From NCBI GenBank assembly GCA_945889235.1, contig CAMDBK010000004.1, forward strand, positions 1-34,047: 34,047 nt of DNA. The letters are read 5' to 3'. The translations under genes were made by a program, and so were the position numbers. How positions within the stretch are numbered: the first letter of the stretch is position 1; every line of letters begins with the position of its first letter. Source of the stretch: Chitinophaga pinensis. GTDB taxonomy: Bacteria; Bacteroidota; Bacteroidia; SXHM01. The notes under the pieces are model-generated. The model did no database searches. It was not told the origin of the DNA and saw only the letters and a program-made list of their open reading frames with translations. This document shows positions 1 through 8,033 of this stretch, piece after piece.

Positions 1-2
1 CT

Positions 3-164
3 CAAAACGAAATTTACATTGTTGCCGCAGGAACGCTGAGCGCATTTACAGGCGCTTACCTTGGTAGTAAACTGGTGAAAAAAGTTACGATGAAATTCAT
101 GCAACTCTTTGTTGCACTCATGCTGATGGTGTTTGCTGTTTTGCTTGGATCAGGAATTATTTAA
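3..164 (+). CDS. 3' end of a membrane protein, probably sulfite exporter TauE/SafE family (5' truncated by the window)
   Basis: Not in the ORF track. Hand translation from nt 3 is open to TAA at 162-164: QNEIYIVAAGTLSAFTGAYLGSKLVKKVTMKFMQLFVALMLMVFAVLLGSGII*. The 'GAYLGSKL..K' motif followed by a terminal TM helix is typical of TauE C-termini. Confidence 0.65.
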   Translation, partial: QNEIYIVAAGTLSAFTGAYLGSKLVKKVTMKFMQLFVALMLMVFAVLLGSGII

Positions 165-167
165 AAA

Positions 168-229
168 CGTCATGCTGAACTTGTTTCAGCATCTCAACAA
201 CAAGACCCTGAAACAAGTTCAGGGTGACG
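168..229. repeat. Inverted doublet of CGTC-tagged REP-like palindromes
   Basis: CGTCATGCTGAACTTGTTTCAGCATCT (168-194) and AGACCCTGAAACAAGTTCAGGGTGACG (203-229) are reverse-complementary at 23/27 positions. Each arm is itself a hairpin. The doublet lies between convergent genes. Confidence 0.85.
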
Positions 230-242
230 GAATGCAATCTAT

Positions 243-854
243 TCAATTAACAAAGGCTACATAGAATAAACGCAGGCCTAGCAGAACAAGACAAAGGCCT
301 ATTACTTTGTAAAGCACAAAAAGAATTTCGGGCTTAAGAATATTTTTGATTTTTGCTGCAAGAAAAACTTTGGTCATATCTGAAGTGAAAATGGCGAGCA
401 ACGTCCCTGAAAGGTAAATACCAAGGTTTTTATCAAAGCCGTGTTTGTCGCCTGCTACTTTTATAATACCAATCCACACCGCAAATACAAAGGGATTGAC
501 AAAATTCACAAGAAAACCTTTGCTGAAAAAACCTATATAATGTTTGGCATTCAACTGGATTGTATCTTCCTCTGCACTTTTCTTTTTCAGAAAATAGCGA
601 ATTCCGAGAGCTATCAAAACCACACCTCCAACAAGGGCAAGATAAAATCTGCTTTCATCACTCTTCAGATAAACTGAAGCACCGAAAACGCACAGCAATA
701 CAGCAAGAATATCACTAATAAAAATCCCTAAAGCAACTAAACCACCCGCAACAACACCATGCTGCAATGAAGTTTTCAGCAAGGTGAAAAACACAGGTCC
801 GATAAGGATTATGAGGGCGAGTCCAACAAAAAAACCATCCAGGAAAACAGGCAT
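243..854 (-). CDS. LysE/RhtB-family translocator (amino-acid efflux)
   Basis: 203 aa and highly hydrophobic. N-terminal 'GFFVGL...IGPVF', 'ALGIFISD', and 'KGFLVNFVNP' in the second half match the LysE pattern. Confidence 0.85.
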   Translation of the reverse strand: MPVFLDGFFVGLALIILIGPVFFTLLKTSLQHGVVAGGLVALGIFISDILAVLLCVFGASVYLKSDESRFYLALVGGVVLIALGIRYFLKKKSAEEDTIQLNAKHYIGFFSKGFLVNFVNPFVFAVWIGIIKVAGDKHGFDKNLGIYLSGTLLAIFTSDMTKVFLAAKIKNILKPEILFVLYKVIGLCLVLLGLRLFYVAFVN

Positions 855-871
855 TATTTTTTATTTAAATA

Positions 872-894
872 AGGCGCGAGCATCGCGCCTCTAC
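872..894 (-). repeat. GTAG-tagged REP-like palindrome overlapping a stop codon
   Basis: The minus strand reads GTAGAGGCGCGATGCTCGCGCCT: a GTAG tag followed by an 8-bp perfect stem AGGCGCGA/TCGCGCCT with a 3-nt loop. Confidence 0.8.
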
Positions 895-2423
895 GGTTTT
901 GACACATTCCTTTCTTTCTTTGCAATCTTCTCTAACAAATAATCCAATCCAAGTATTTCAGAACAGGTAACAAAGGCGCTTACCGTAACTCCCAACACAC
1001 CGTGAAAATGCAAATTCTGTCCGGTAAAAAAAAGATTTTTTACTTTCGTTCGGGCAGGAACCATCGTCTTGACAGGGTCAAAGCAATCTTTCACAATTCC
1101 ATACATGCTGCCAGAGGGTGAGGCAATGTAATCGCGGTAACTGAGCGGTGTTGAGCTGTAATAGGCTTTTGTATTTGCACGAATACCGGGGAACTTTTTC
1201 TCTAATTCATCCAACAGAATTTCAGATTTTCTGCGTTTGAATTCTTCATAATCTTCACCGCGAAAATCAGGATGAGCAACGGTGCTGGAAGTGTTCTGCC
1301 ACTTTTTCACTTCATCAAATTTCATGTAAGTGAGCACCGCCATTCCTTCGGCATATTCTTTTGTCTTGGAAGTAGAAACCATAAATGCTCCGTAACTCAG
1401 CGGCCATTCGTTTTCTTTATAGTCAACAGGTTTCCACACATCATTTGTTTTAAAATGATAGTTGTTATGTTTTACATAACGGACTTTATTTTTCTTAAAA
1501 ACCAAGTAAAGCGAAAAAGAAGAAACTGAATTTTCAAGTGACTTAAATCGTGTGTAGTACGATTTGCGAACCTTTCCCTGTTCAAGCAATTCAAGTGTTG
1601 TGAGCGGATGAGCATTGGAAATAAAAAGTTTTCCTTTTACCGTTTTTCCATTTGTGAGTTCAGCAGAACGGATTTCATCTCCTTCAAATTTCAGTTGCTT
1701 TACTTCGCTTCGTTTAAAAATATCTCCTCCGGATTTTCTAATATTTTTGACAAGCAGTTTTGCAATCTGCGAACCACCATCAATTAAACGCCAGGCGCTT
1801 AAAATGTAACTATTCACCACCAACGCATGAATGTAAAAAGGAGTCTTCTCCCCTATTCCGGCATACAAAAGATTGGTTCCGGCCAATACATTCCTTAGCT
1901 TTTCATTTTTGGTGAGTGAAGCAATAAAGTCCTTTGCGTTGGTTTGTAACAGTTCCGAATCGGAATTATAACTCTCTCCGTTTCGCAGGTTATACAAGGG
2001 AAAGCGAAGGCAAACCTTTTTTATTTCATCACAATATTTTTGAATTGCTTTTTGTTCAGCAGGAAATTTTTCAGTTAGAACACAAATGAAATTTTCATAA
2101 CCCTGTGCATAGGGATACTGATTGTTATCTCCTTCAAACGTTAGAATGTCAAAACCATCTTCATCCATTTTCTCCAACTTCAGCTTATCCATAATGCCGA
2201 AATAATTGAAGAAGCGATTTAGGTTTTCACCTTCACCCAAACCACCGAGGTAATGAACACCTGTATCAAAAATAACCCGGTCGCGGACAAAGGTTTGCAG
2301 GTTGCCACCTATTTGTTGGTTCTTTTCCAGCACACAAACTTTATAACCTTCTTCAGCAAGAATATTGGCGCAGAGCAAGCCTCCCAACCCGCTTCCGATT
2401 ATCACCACATCGTATTCCTGCAT
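891..2423 (-). CDS. FAD/NAD(P)-dependent oxidoreductase, phytoene desaturase / all-trans-retinol 13,14-reductase-like family
   Basis: 510 aa. N-terminal Rossmann motif DVVIIGSGLGGL...VLEK...GG, then FDTGVHY, 'STPLSY...GSMYG' and C-terminal NLFFTGQ...HGVLGV. Confidence 0.8.
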   Translation of the reverse strand: MQEYDVVIIGSGLGGLLCANILAEEGYKVCVLEKNQQIGGNLQTFVRDRVIFDTGVHYLGGLGEGENLNRFFNYFGIMDKLKLEKMDEDGFDILTFEGDNNQYPYAQGYENFICVLTEKFPAEQKAIQKYCDEIKKVCLRFPLYNLRNGESYNSDSELLQTNAKDFIASLTKNEKLRNVLAGTNLLYAGIGEKTPFYIHALVVNSYILSAWRLIDGGSQIAKLLVKNIRKSGGDIFKRSEVKQLKFEGDEIRSAELTNGKTVKGKLFISNAHPLTTLELLEQGKVRKSYYTRFKSLENSVSSFSLYLVFKKNKVRYVKHNNYHFKTNDVWKPVDYKENEWPLSYGAFMVSTSKTKEYAEGMAVLTYMKFDEVKKWQNTSSTVAHPDFRGEDYEEFKRRKSEILLDELEKKFPGIRANTKAYYSSTPLSYRDYIASPSGSMYGIVKDCFDPVKTMVPARTKVKNLFFTGQNLHFHGVLGVTVSAFVTCSEILGLDYLLEKIAKKERNVSKP

Positions 2424-2430
2424 AGTAATT

Positions 2431-3726
2431 TTATTGTGCGAAAACCTTGTCTAAAGCTTTACACATTGCTACAATTGTTTTATCAATATCTGTATCTGTA
2501 TGTGCTTCAGAAATAAAACCAACCTCGTAACCTGAAGGTCCGAGATAAATTCCACTCTCTAATAATTCAGAGTGAAGAACTCTGAATTTACTCATGCTTG
2601 CGGCATCTATTTCATCTGCACTTCTTATATTCTCTTGGTCTGTAAATGCAATCCAGAAAATAGAAGCAATGTTGAACATTCTGAATTTATAACCTTTTGA
2701 ACGAGCATGATCTTCAACAGCTGCGCAGAGTTTTTTTGTTTTTGTTTCAAGTAAAGAATAAAAATCAGCTTTCAAACATTCAGTCAATTGCGCAATTCCT
2801 GCAGCCATTGCAACCGGATTTCCCGACAAGGTTCCTGCCTGATAAACATCACCATCGGGAGAAATCTTTGCCATGATTTCTTTGCTTGCTCCATACATTC
2901 CTACCGGCAAACCACCACCGATTATTTTTCCGTAAGTAATAATATCAGGTTGAATTCCGTAGTAACCGGCAGCACCTTCAAACCCAAGCCGGAAGCCCGA
3001 AATCACTTCATCAAAATGCAGCAGCGTTTTATTTTCTGAGCAGATAGTTCTTAGTTGTTGCAGATATTTTTTAGTCTGTAACAACAAACCGTTGTTAGCG
3101 GGAACAGGCTCAATAATGACTGCTGCAATTTGATTCTCAAATTCTTCAAATGCTTTTTTTACCGCTTCAATATTGTTGAGCGGAACAACAATGGTATCAT
3201 TCACAAACGACTCGGGAACACCGGCAGAAGAACTTGTTCCGAAGGTAACCAAACCCGAACCTGCTTTCACCAACATGGAATCAACGTGTCCGTGATAACA
3301 ACCTTCAAACTTTAAAATTTTGTTTCTGCCTGTAAAGCCACGCGCAAGTCTGATGGCACTCATCACCGCTTCGGTTCCTGAACTTACAAACCTTATTTTT
3401 TCAATAAATTTATTGTTGGATAAAATCAGCTCAGCCAATTCATTTTCTTTTTGTGTTGGCGCACCAAATGAAGTTCCGTTTTGTACTGCAGTAACTATTG
3501 CCTCTCTGACTTTTGAATTATTGTGCCCTAAAATCAATGGTCCCCATGAGCAACAGAAATCTATAAATTCATTTTCATCTGCATCCCAAATCCTGCTGCC
3601 ATCCCCTTTTTGTATAAATAGCGGAGTTCCGCCTACCGAGCGAAAAGCACGCACAGGAGAATTTACTCCACCCGGAAAATATTGCTTCGCTTTTTCAAAT
3701 AATTGTTCTGATTTATCTCTTTTCAT
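2431..3726 (-). CDS. hemL: Glutamate-1-semialdehyde 2,1-aminomutase
   Basis: Motifs PGGVNSPVRAF, SGTEA, FEGCYHGH, FDEV, PLP-lysine TYGKIIGGG and YQAGTLSGNP; 431 aa. Confidence 0.97.
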   Translation of the reverse strand: MKRDKSEQLFEKAKQYFPGGVNSPVRAFRSVGGTPLFIQKGDGSRIWDADENEFIDFCCSWGPLILGHNNSKVREAIVTAVQNGTSFGAPTQKENELAELILSNNKFIEKIRFVSSGTEAVMSAIRLARGFTGRNKILKFEGCYHGHVDSMLVKAGSGLVTFGTSSSAGVPESFVNDTIVVPLNNIEAVKKAFEEFENQIAAVIIEPVPANNGLLLQTKKYLQQLRTICSENKTLLHFDEVISGFRLGFEGAAGYYGIQPDIITYGKIIGGGLPVGMYGASKEIMAKISPDGDVYQAGTLSGNPVAMAAGIAQLTECLKADFYSLLETKTKKLCAAVEDHARSKGYKFRMFNIASIFWIAFTDQENIRSADEIDAASMSKFRVLHSELLESGIYLGPSGYEVGFISEAHTDTDIDKTIVAMCKALDKVFAQ

Positions 3727-3740
3727 TTCTTCAAATTTGC

Positions 3741-3770
3741 TTTGCGAATATAGGGTAATTTATACCTTTG
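3741..3770 (+). promoter_or_regulatory. Bacteroidota sigma-70 promoter (-33/-7) for kynU-rnhB
   Basis: TTTG (3741-3744), an 18-nt spacer, then TACCTTTG (3763-3770), matching TAnnTTTG. It ends 44 nt before the kynU ATG. Confidence 0.55.
3745..3752 (-). promoter_or_regulatory. Possible Bacteroidota -7 promoter element for the hemL operon
   Basis: Minus-strand TATATTCG, a one-mismatch variant of TAnnTTTG, lies 18 nt upstream of the hemL ATG. Confidence 0.35.
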
Positions 3771-3785
3771 GGCACAAGTAGAATT

Positions 3786-3811
3786 TCACGCAAAGGCGCA
3801 AAGGCGCAAAG
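3786..3811 (+). repeat. CGCAAAG(G) tandem repeat x3 (single arm)
   Basis: TCA-CGCAAAGG-CGCAAAGG-CGCAAAG, ending 3 nt before the kynU ATG. Same unit as the element at 5110-5175. Confidence 0.8.
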
Positions 3812-3814
3812 AAT

Positions 3815-5104
3815 ATGAGCTTTAACAACACCCTTGAATTTGCACAGTCGCAGGACAAAGCAGATAAACTTTCAACTTTCAGAGACAAATTTTTCTTTCC
3901 GCAACTGAATGGAAAAGAAGCAATTTATTTCTGCGGAAATTCATTGGGATTACAACCAAAAACTGCTGCTTCAGCTTTACAACAAGAATTAAACGACTGG
4001 GCAAAGTTTGCAGTGGAAGGACATTTTCATGCAAAAAACCCGTGGTTCTCTTATGAGAAAATGTTTAATCAACCGCTTGCAAAACTTGTGGGAGCAAAGC
4101 CTTCGGAAGTTTGTGCATTGGGTTCATTGACCAATAATCTTCATTTGCTGATGGTTTCGTTTTACCGTCCGACAGCAAAGCGTTTTAAAATACTGTGCGA
4201 AGAAAAACCGTTTGCTTCTGACCAATATGCATTAGAATCACAAGTGAGATTTCATGGTTTTAATCCTCATGAAACAATTGTAGAACTAAAGCCACGAGCA
4301 GGAGAATTTACTTTGCACTCAGAAGATATTCTTGCAAAAATTGAAGAGCTGAATGAAGAACTCGCATTGGTAATGATTGGCGGTGTGAATTATTATACCG
4401 GACAGGCTTTTGACATGAAATGTATTACTGAGGCTGCACATAAAGTGGGCGCACTTGCAGGTTTTGACTTAGCTCATGCTATGGGTAATCTGGTGATGAA
4501 CCTGCACGACTGGAATGTGGATTTTGCTTGCTGGTGCAGCTATAAATATCTGAACTCGGGGCCGGGAAGCGTAGCAGGAATTTTTGTGCATGAGAAACAT
4601 GGCAATAATCCCGAACTACCGCGCTTTGCAGGCTGGTGGGGAAATAATCCTGATACACGTTTTAAAATGGAAAAAGGATTTGTTCCTGCAGTTGGTGCTG
4701 ATGGCTGGCAACTGAGCAACGCACCTGTATTCTCAATGGCTGTACACAAAATGGCATTGGATATTTTTGATGAAGCAGGGATTGAAAATCTGCGTGAGAA
4801 GAGTGAGAAGCTGACTAGTTACCTCGAATTTTTAATTGATGAAATAAATGTCAACCTGAGCGTAGTCGAAGGGCAAAAACTTAAAATCACAATTCTTACT
4901 CCACGAAATAAAGCGGAACGTGGTTGCCAATTATCACTGGTGTTTTCTGAAAACGGAAAACAAATTCATGAACAATTATTGAAAGCAGGAATTATAACCG
5001 ATTGGCGAAATCCTGATGTAATACGTCTGGCTCCTGTTCCGCTTTATAATTCGTTTGAAGATGTTTGGAAATTCGGTGATGAGTTAAGGAAGATTATCAA
5101 TTAA
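3815..5104 (+). CDS. kynU: Kynureninase
   Basis: Motifs YFCGNSLGLQP, FDLAHAMGN, PLP-lysine WCSYKYLNSGPG, RFAGWWG, RGCQLS and IRLAPVPLYNSF. Confidence 0.97.
   Translation: MSFNNTLEFAQSQDKADKLSTFRDKFFFPQLNGKEAIYFCGNSLGLQPKTAASALQQELNDWAKFAVEGHFHAKNPWFSYEKMFNQPLAKLVGAKPSEVCALGSLTNNLHLLMVSFYRPTAKRFKILCEEKPFASDQYALESQVRFHGFNPHETIVELKPRAGEFTLHSEDILAKIEELNEELALVMIGGVNYYTGQAFDMKCITEAAHKVGALAGFDLAHAMGNLVMNLHDWNVDFACWCSYKYLNSGPGSVAGIFVHEKHGNNPELPRFAGWWGNNPDTRFKMEKGFVPAVGADGWQLSNAPVFSMAVHKMALDIFDEAGIENLREKSEKLTSYLEFLIDEINVNLSVVEGQKLKITILTPRNKAERGCQLSLVFSENGKQIHEQLLKAGIITDWRNPDVIRLAPVPLYNSFEDVWKFGDELRKIIN
4849..4874 (+). repeat. REP-like element embedded in-frame in kynU
   Basis: TGTCAACCTGAGCGTAGTCGAAGGGC is 24/26 identical to the reverse complement of intergenic 23893-23918. 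It encodes VNLSVVEG. Confidence 0.85.
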
Positions 5105-5109
5105 AATTG

Positions 5110-5175
5110 TCTCGCAAAGGCGCTAAGAACGCTAAGCAAACAATAAATCTTTGCGAACTTTGCGTCTTGGCGAGA
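5110..5175. repeat. Inverted repeat built from CGC(A/T)AAG units, between kynU and rnhB
   Basis: Left arm TCTCGCAAAGGCGCTAAGAACGCTAAG (5110-5136). Reverse complement of the right arm (5149-5175) is TCTCGCCAAGACGCAAAGTTCGCAAAG. 21/27 match. Confidence 0.85.
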
Positions 5176-5182
5176 AACAAAA

Positions 5183-5779
5183 ATGCTTGAACTGCGATTT
5201 CAAAACAAGTTAATTGAAGCCGGTGTGGATGAAGCCGGACGCGGATGCCTTGCTGGACCGGTGTTTGCCGCGGCTGTTATTCTTCCAAAAAAATTCAGAT
5301 CAGAATTGTTGAATGACTCCAAACAACTGAGTGAAAAGAAAAGAGAAGAGCTTCGCCCGATTATAGAAAAAGAAGCAGTGGCATGGGCAGTTGGCATTAC
5401 AACGCATGAAGAAATTGACAAAATAAATATTCTCAACGCTTCTTATCTCGCCATGCACCGGGCGATTGAACAATTAAAAAAAACGCCACAATTGTTATTG
5501 ATTGATGGCAACCGTTTTAAAAAATACAAAGACCTTCCATTCAAGTGTATTGTTAAAGGTGACGGAAAATATATGTCCATTGCTGCCGCTTCCATTCTTG
5601 CAAAAACCCACCGTGATGAATATATGATGAAAATGGACGAGGAGTTTCCGCATTATAACTGGAGAAAAAATAAAGGGTATGGAACGCTGAAACATCGCAT
5701 AGCAATTGAGCAATATGGGGAATCAATTATTCACAGAAAGAGTTTTAAGGTGGTGGTGGTGCAGCCGACATTGTTTTAA
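5183..5779 (+). CDS. rnhB: Ribonuclease HII
   Basis: Motifs AGVDEAGRGCLAGPV, LNDSKQL, LIDGN, KGD...IAAASILAK and KGYGT..H. Confidence 0.97.
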   Translation: MLELRFQNKLIEAGVDEAGRGCLAGPVFAAAVILPKKFRSELLNDSKQLSEKKREELRPIIEKEAVAWAVGITTHEEIDKINILNASYLAMHRAIEQLKKTPQLLLIDGNRFKKYKDLPFKCIVKGDGKYMSIAAASILAKTHRDEYMMKMDEEFPHYNWRKNKGYGTLKHRIAIEQYGESIIHRKSFKVVVVQPTLF

Positions 5780-5781
5780 AA

Positions 5782-5811
5782 GCCTCCCCCTTCCCTCTCC
5801 AAAGGAGAGGG
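5782..5811. repeat. CCCTCTCC-AAA-GGAGAGGG hairpin repeat
   Basis: GCCTCCCCCTTCCCTCTCCAAAGGAGAGGG contains a perfect 8-bp stem with a 3-nt loop and starts 2 nt after the rnhB stop. No U-tract follows. A related copy lies at 26509-26547. Confidence 0.75.
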
Positions 5812-5825
5812 TTAAAACTTATTCC

Positions 5826-5833
5826 TATTTTTG
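5826..5833 (+). promoter_or_regulatory. -7 promoter element for pdhB
   Basis: TATTTTTG matches TAnnTTTG and lies 21 nt upstream of ATG 5855. Confidence 0.5.
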
Positions 5834-5854
5834 AACATTCAAAAAAATCAAGAC

Positions 5855-6832
5855 ATGAGAGAGATACAGTTTCGTGAAGCGGTAAAAGAAGCCATGAGCG
5901 AGGAAATGCGCAGGGATAAAAACGTTTTTCTCATGGGTGAAGAAGTAGCGGAATACGATGGTGCTTACAAAGCAAGTCAGGGAATGTTGGCGGAGTTTGG
6001 AGCCGAGCGTGTGATTGATACTCCCATTTCTGAATTGGGTTTTGCGGGAATTGGTGTGGGTGCTGCCATGAACGGGCTGCGACCTATCATTGAATTTATG
6101 ACGTTTAATTTTTCATTGGTTGCAATTGATCAGGTAATTAATGCTGCAGCAAAAATGAAATCCATGTCGGGCGGACAATTTGGTGTTCCTATTGTTTTTC
6201 GCGGACCGACTGCTTCTGCAGGACAACTGGGTGCGCAACACTCACAGGCTTATGAAAGTTGGTATGCAAACTGCCCCGGATTAAAAGTTGTTGTGCCTTC
6301 TAATCCTTATGATGCCAAGGGTTTGCTGAAGGCTGCAATCCGTGATAACGACCCTGTAATTTTCATGGAATCAGAACAGATGTATGGCGAGAAGGGACCG
6401 GTTCCTCAAAGCGAATACATCATTCCGATTGGTGTTGCGGATGTGAAACGGGAAGGAAAACATGTTACAGTTGTATCGTTCGGAAAAATTATAAAAACTG
6501 TTTTTAAAGCTGCCGAAGAATTAGCTAAAGACGGAATTGAAGTAGAAATAATTGACTTACGCACTGTTCGTCCGATTGATTATAACACTGTGATAACTTC
6601 GGTGAAGAAAACCAACCGTTTAGTAATTGTTGAAGAAGCCTGGCCGCTGGGTTCCATTGCAACCGAAGTTGCTTTCAAAGTACAGAAAGATGCATTTGAT
6701 TATTTAGATGCACCTGTGAAAAGAGTAATGACACAAGATGTTCCTTTAGCTTATGCACCAACGCTTGTAGCGGAATTTTTACCTACTGCTGAGAAGGTAA
6801 TTAAAGCTGTGAAAGAGGTAATGTATCTCTGA
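5855..6832 (+). CDS. pdhB: Pyruvate dehydrogenase E1 beta subunit
   Basis: Motifs MGEEVAEYDGAYK, DTPISE.GFAG, EFMTFNF, AQHSQ, DLRTVRP and YLDAPV. Start moved from TTG 5831 to ATG 5855 (MREIQFREA) because the TTG lies inside the -7 box. Confidence 0.95.
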   Translation: MREIQFREAVKEAMSEEMRRDKNVFLMGEEVAEYDGAYKASQGMLAEFGAERVIDTPISELGFAGIGVGAAMNGLRPIIEFMTFNFSLVAIDQVINAAAKMKSMSGGQFGVPIVFRGPTASAGQLGAQHSQAYESWYANCPGLKVVVPSNPYDAKGLLKAAIRDNDPVIFMESEQMYGEKGPVPQSEYIIPIGVADVKREGKHVTVVSFGKIIKTVFKAAEELAKDGIEVEIIDLRTVRPIDYNTVITSVKKTNRLVIVEEAWPLGSIATEVAFKVQKDAFDYLDAPVKRVMTQDVPLAYAPTLVAEFLPTAEKVIKAVKEVMYL

Positions 6833-7984
6833 TTAATTTTTAACAACAAGTTTCTTTGACTCACTTTTCTGTGAAGAACTAATGTTCACAAAATATGTTC
6901 CATTCTCAAAACTTTCAAGAGGAATTTTTATTTGGTTTTTTCCTTCTGAAATCTCAGTTTCATAAGCAGCAAAAACCTGCGAAAACAAATTTGTAATTGT
7001 GATGCGGATTGTCTCAGGCTTGTTTGCTGAAATTTCAATATTCAGATTTTCTGTTGCCGGATTAGGGTAAACCGAAGCGCTTTCAAAATTGCTGACAGCC
7101 AATTCAATTCCTGTTGAAACCTGTGCCCAGCAATCAGTAATGGGTGTTGCTGTTGCGCTGTTTCCGCAGTAATTCAAACCATACATATCTTCGAGTGTGC
7201 GCAAAACATTGTAATGATCAATTGTTTCACTATAGCTTCCGGCAATAAGATTATCACCAATAAATACGGTAAGAATATGATTCAATGACACCCAGTTATC
7301 TTCATCAAAAGTTAAAATAAACAAACTGTTATTTGTTTTTGCCCATTGTATGTAGGCATCCATATTATTCTCAACCCAGGCATCTCCGTTTGAAATTGCA
7401 GAAGGCAAAAGGGCCGGGTCATGCATATCGTTTTCAAGATTCGGAATAACAAACGATAATGTTGGCAACTGTGAAAAATCACTTGGAAAATCAGCATAAG
7501 AAAGATGAAGTGATGAAGGAATTCCGTTAGTAGAAGCATTCATCCAGTTTACCCATGGAGAATGTTTGCGGGCATAAAGACCTGAGGTTTCTCCGTTAAA
7601 ACCTGTTGATGGTAAATCTTCTGAATAGCCTGCAAACGTAAAATTGTTGGCGAGCAATTCAGCGCCTAAATTACAGGTAATAAAGGGTTGACCGGCCGGA
7701 AGTCCGTCACCTGTTGAACCTTGATTATCACCCGAAAAAAGCATGATGTAATTAGGTTGGCTTGGATGAGTTAAGCCATAAGAATCAGTAAAGGTTGCTG
7801 CGTTTTGATCAGCAACCAGACTGTTGATGTAAGTAGCGTTTGACGAGCCTTGAATCTGTGAATAGCTGTGGTTTTCAAGTACGCATATAACAACATGATC
7901 GTATTGTGGAATAACTTGAGCAAATGACTGCCGAAGAAAAATAGAGAAAGCCAGAAATGTCAGAAATGAGTAAACTATTTTCAT
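6833..7984 (-). CDS. Secreted phosphoesterase / acid phosphatase (alkaline-phosphatase superfamily, SapM/AcpA-like) with T9SS type A C-terminal sorting domain
   Basis: Signal peptide, then DHVVICVLENHSY, HPSQPNY, YARKHSPW, NDMHD, TFDED and HYNVLRTLED. C-terminal VYPNPAT...GTYFVNI...SKKLVVKN. Confidence 0.88.
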   Translation of the reverse strand: MKIVYSFLTFLAFSIFLRQSFAQVIPQYDHVVICVLENHSYSQIQGSSNATYINSLVADQNAATFTDSYGLTHPSQPNYIMLFSGDNQGSTGDGLPAGQPFITCNLGAELLANNFTFAGYSEDLPSTGFNGETSGLYARKHSPWVNWMNASTNGIPSSLHLSYADFPSDFSQLPTLSFVIPNLENDMHDPALLPSAISNGDAWVENNMDAYIQWAKTNNSLFILTFDEDNWVSLNHILTVFIGDNLIAGSYSETIDHYNVLRTLEDMYGLNYCGNSATATPITDCWAQVSTGIELAVSNFESASVYPNPATENLNIEISANKPETIRITITNLFSQVFAAYETEISEGKNQIKIPLESFENGTYFVNISSSQKSESKKLVVKN

Positions 7985-8010
7985 CGTAAAATTGTAATAA
8001 TTGATTTCTG

Positions 8011-8018
8011 CAAAAGTA
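8011..8018 (-). promoter_or_regulatory. -7 promoter element for the phosphoesterase gene
   Basis: Minus-strand TACTTTTG matches TAnnTTTG and lies 26 nt upstream of the ATG at 7984. Confidence 0.5.
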
Positions 8019-8033
8019 AGGTATTCGATAGAA

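Noticed and set aside
5782-5811. Intrinsic terminator after rnhB
   Set aside because: The stem is strong but lacks a U-tract, and a related copy occurs inside a CDS, so it is classed as a repeat. A termination role is not excluded.
5831-5854. TTG start for pdhB given in the ORF track
   Set aside because: It overlaps the TATTTTTG -7 box. ATG 5855 gives the typical MREIQFREA N-terminus.
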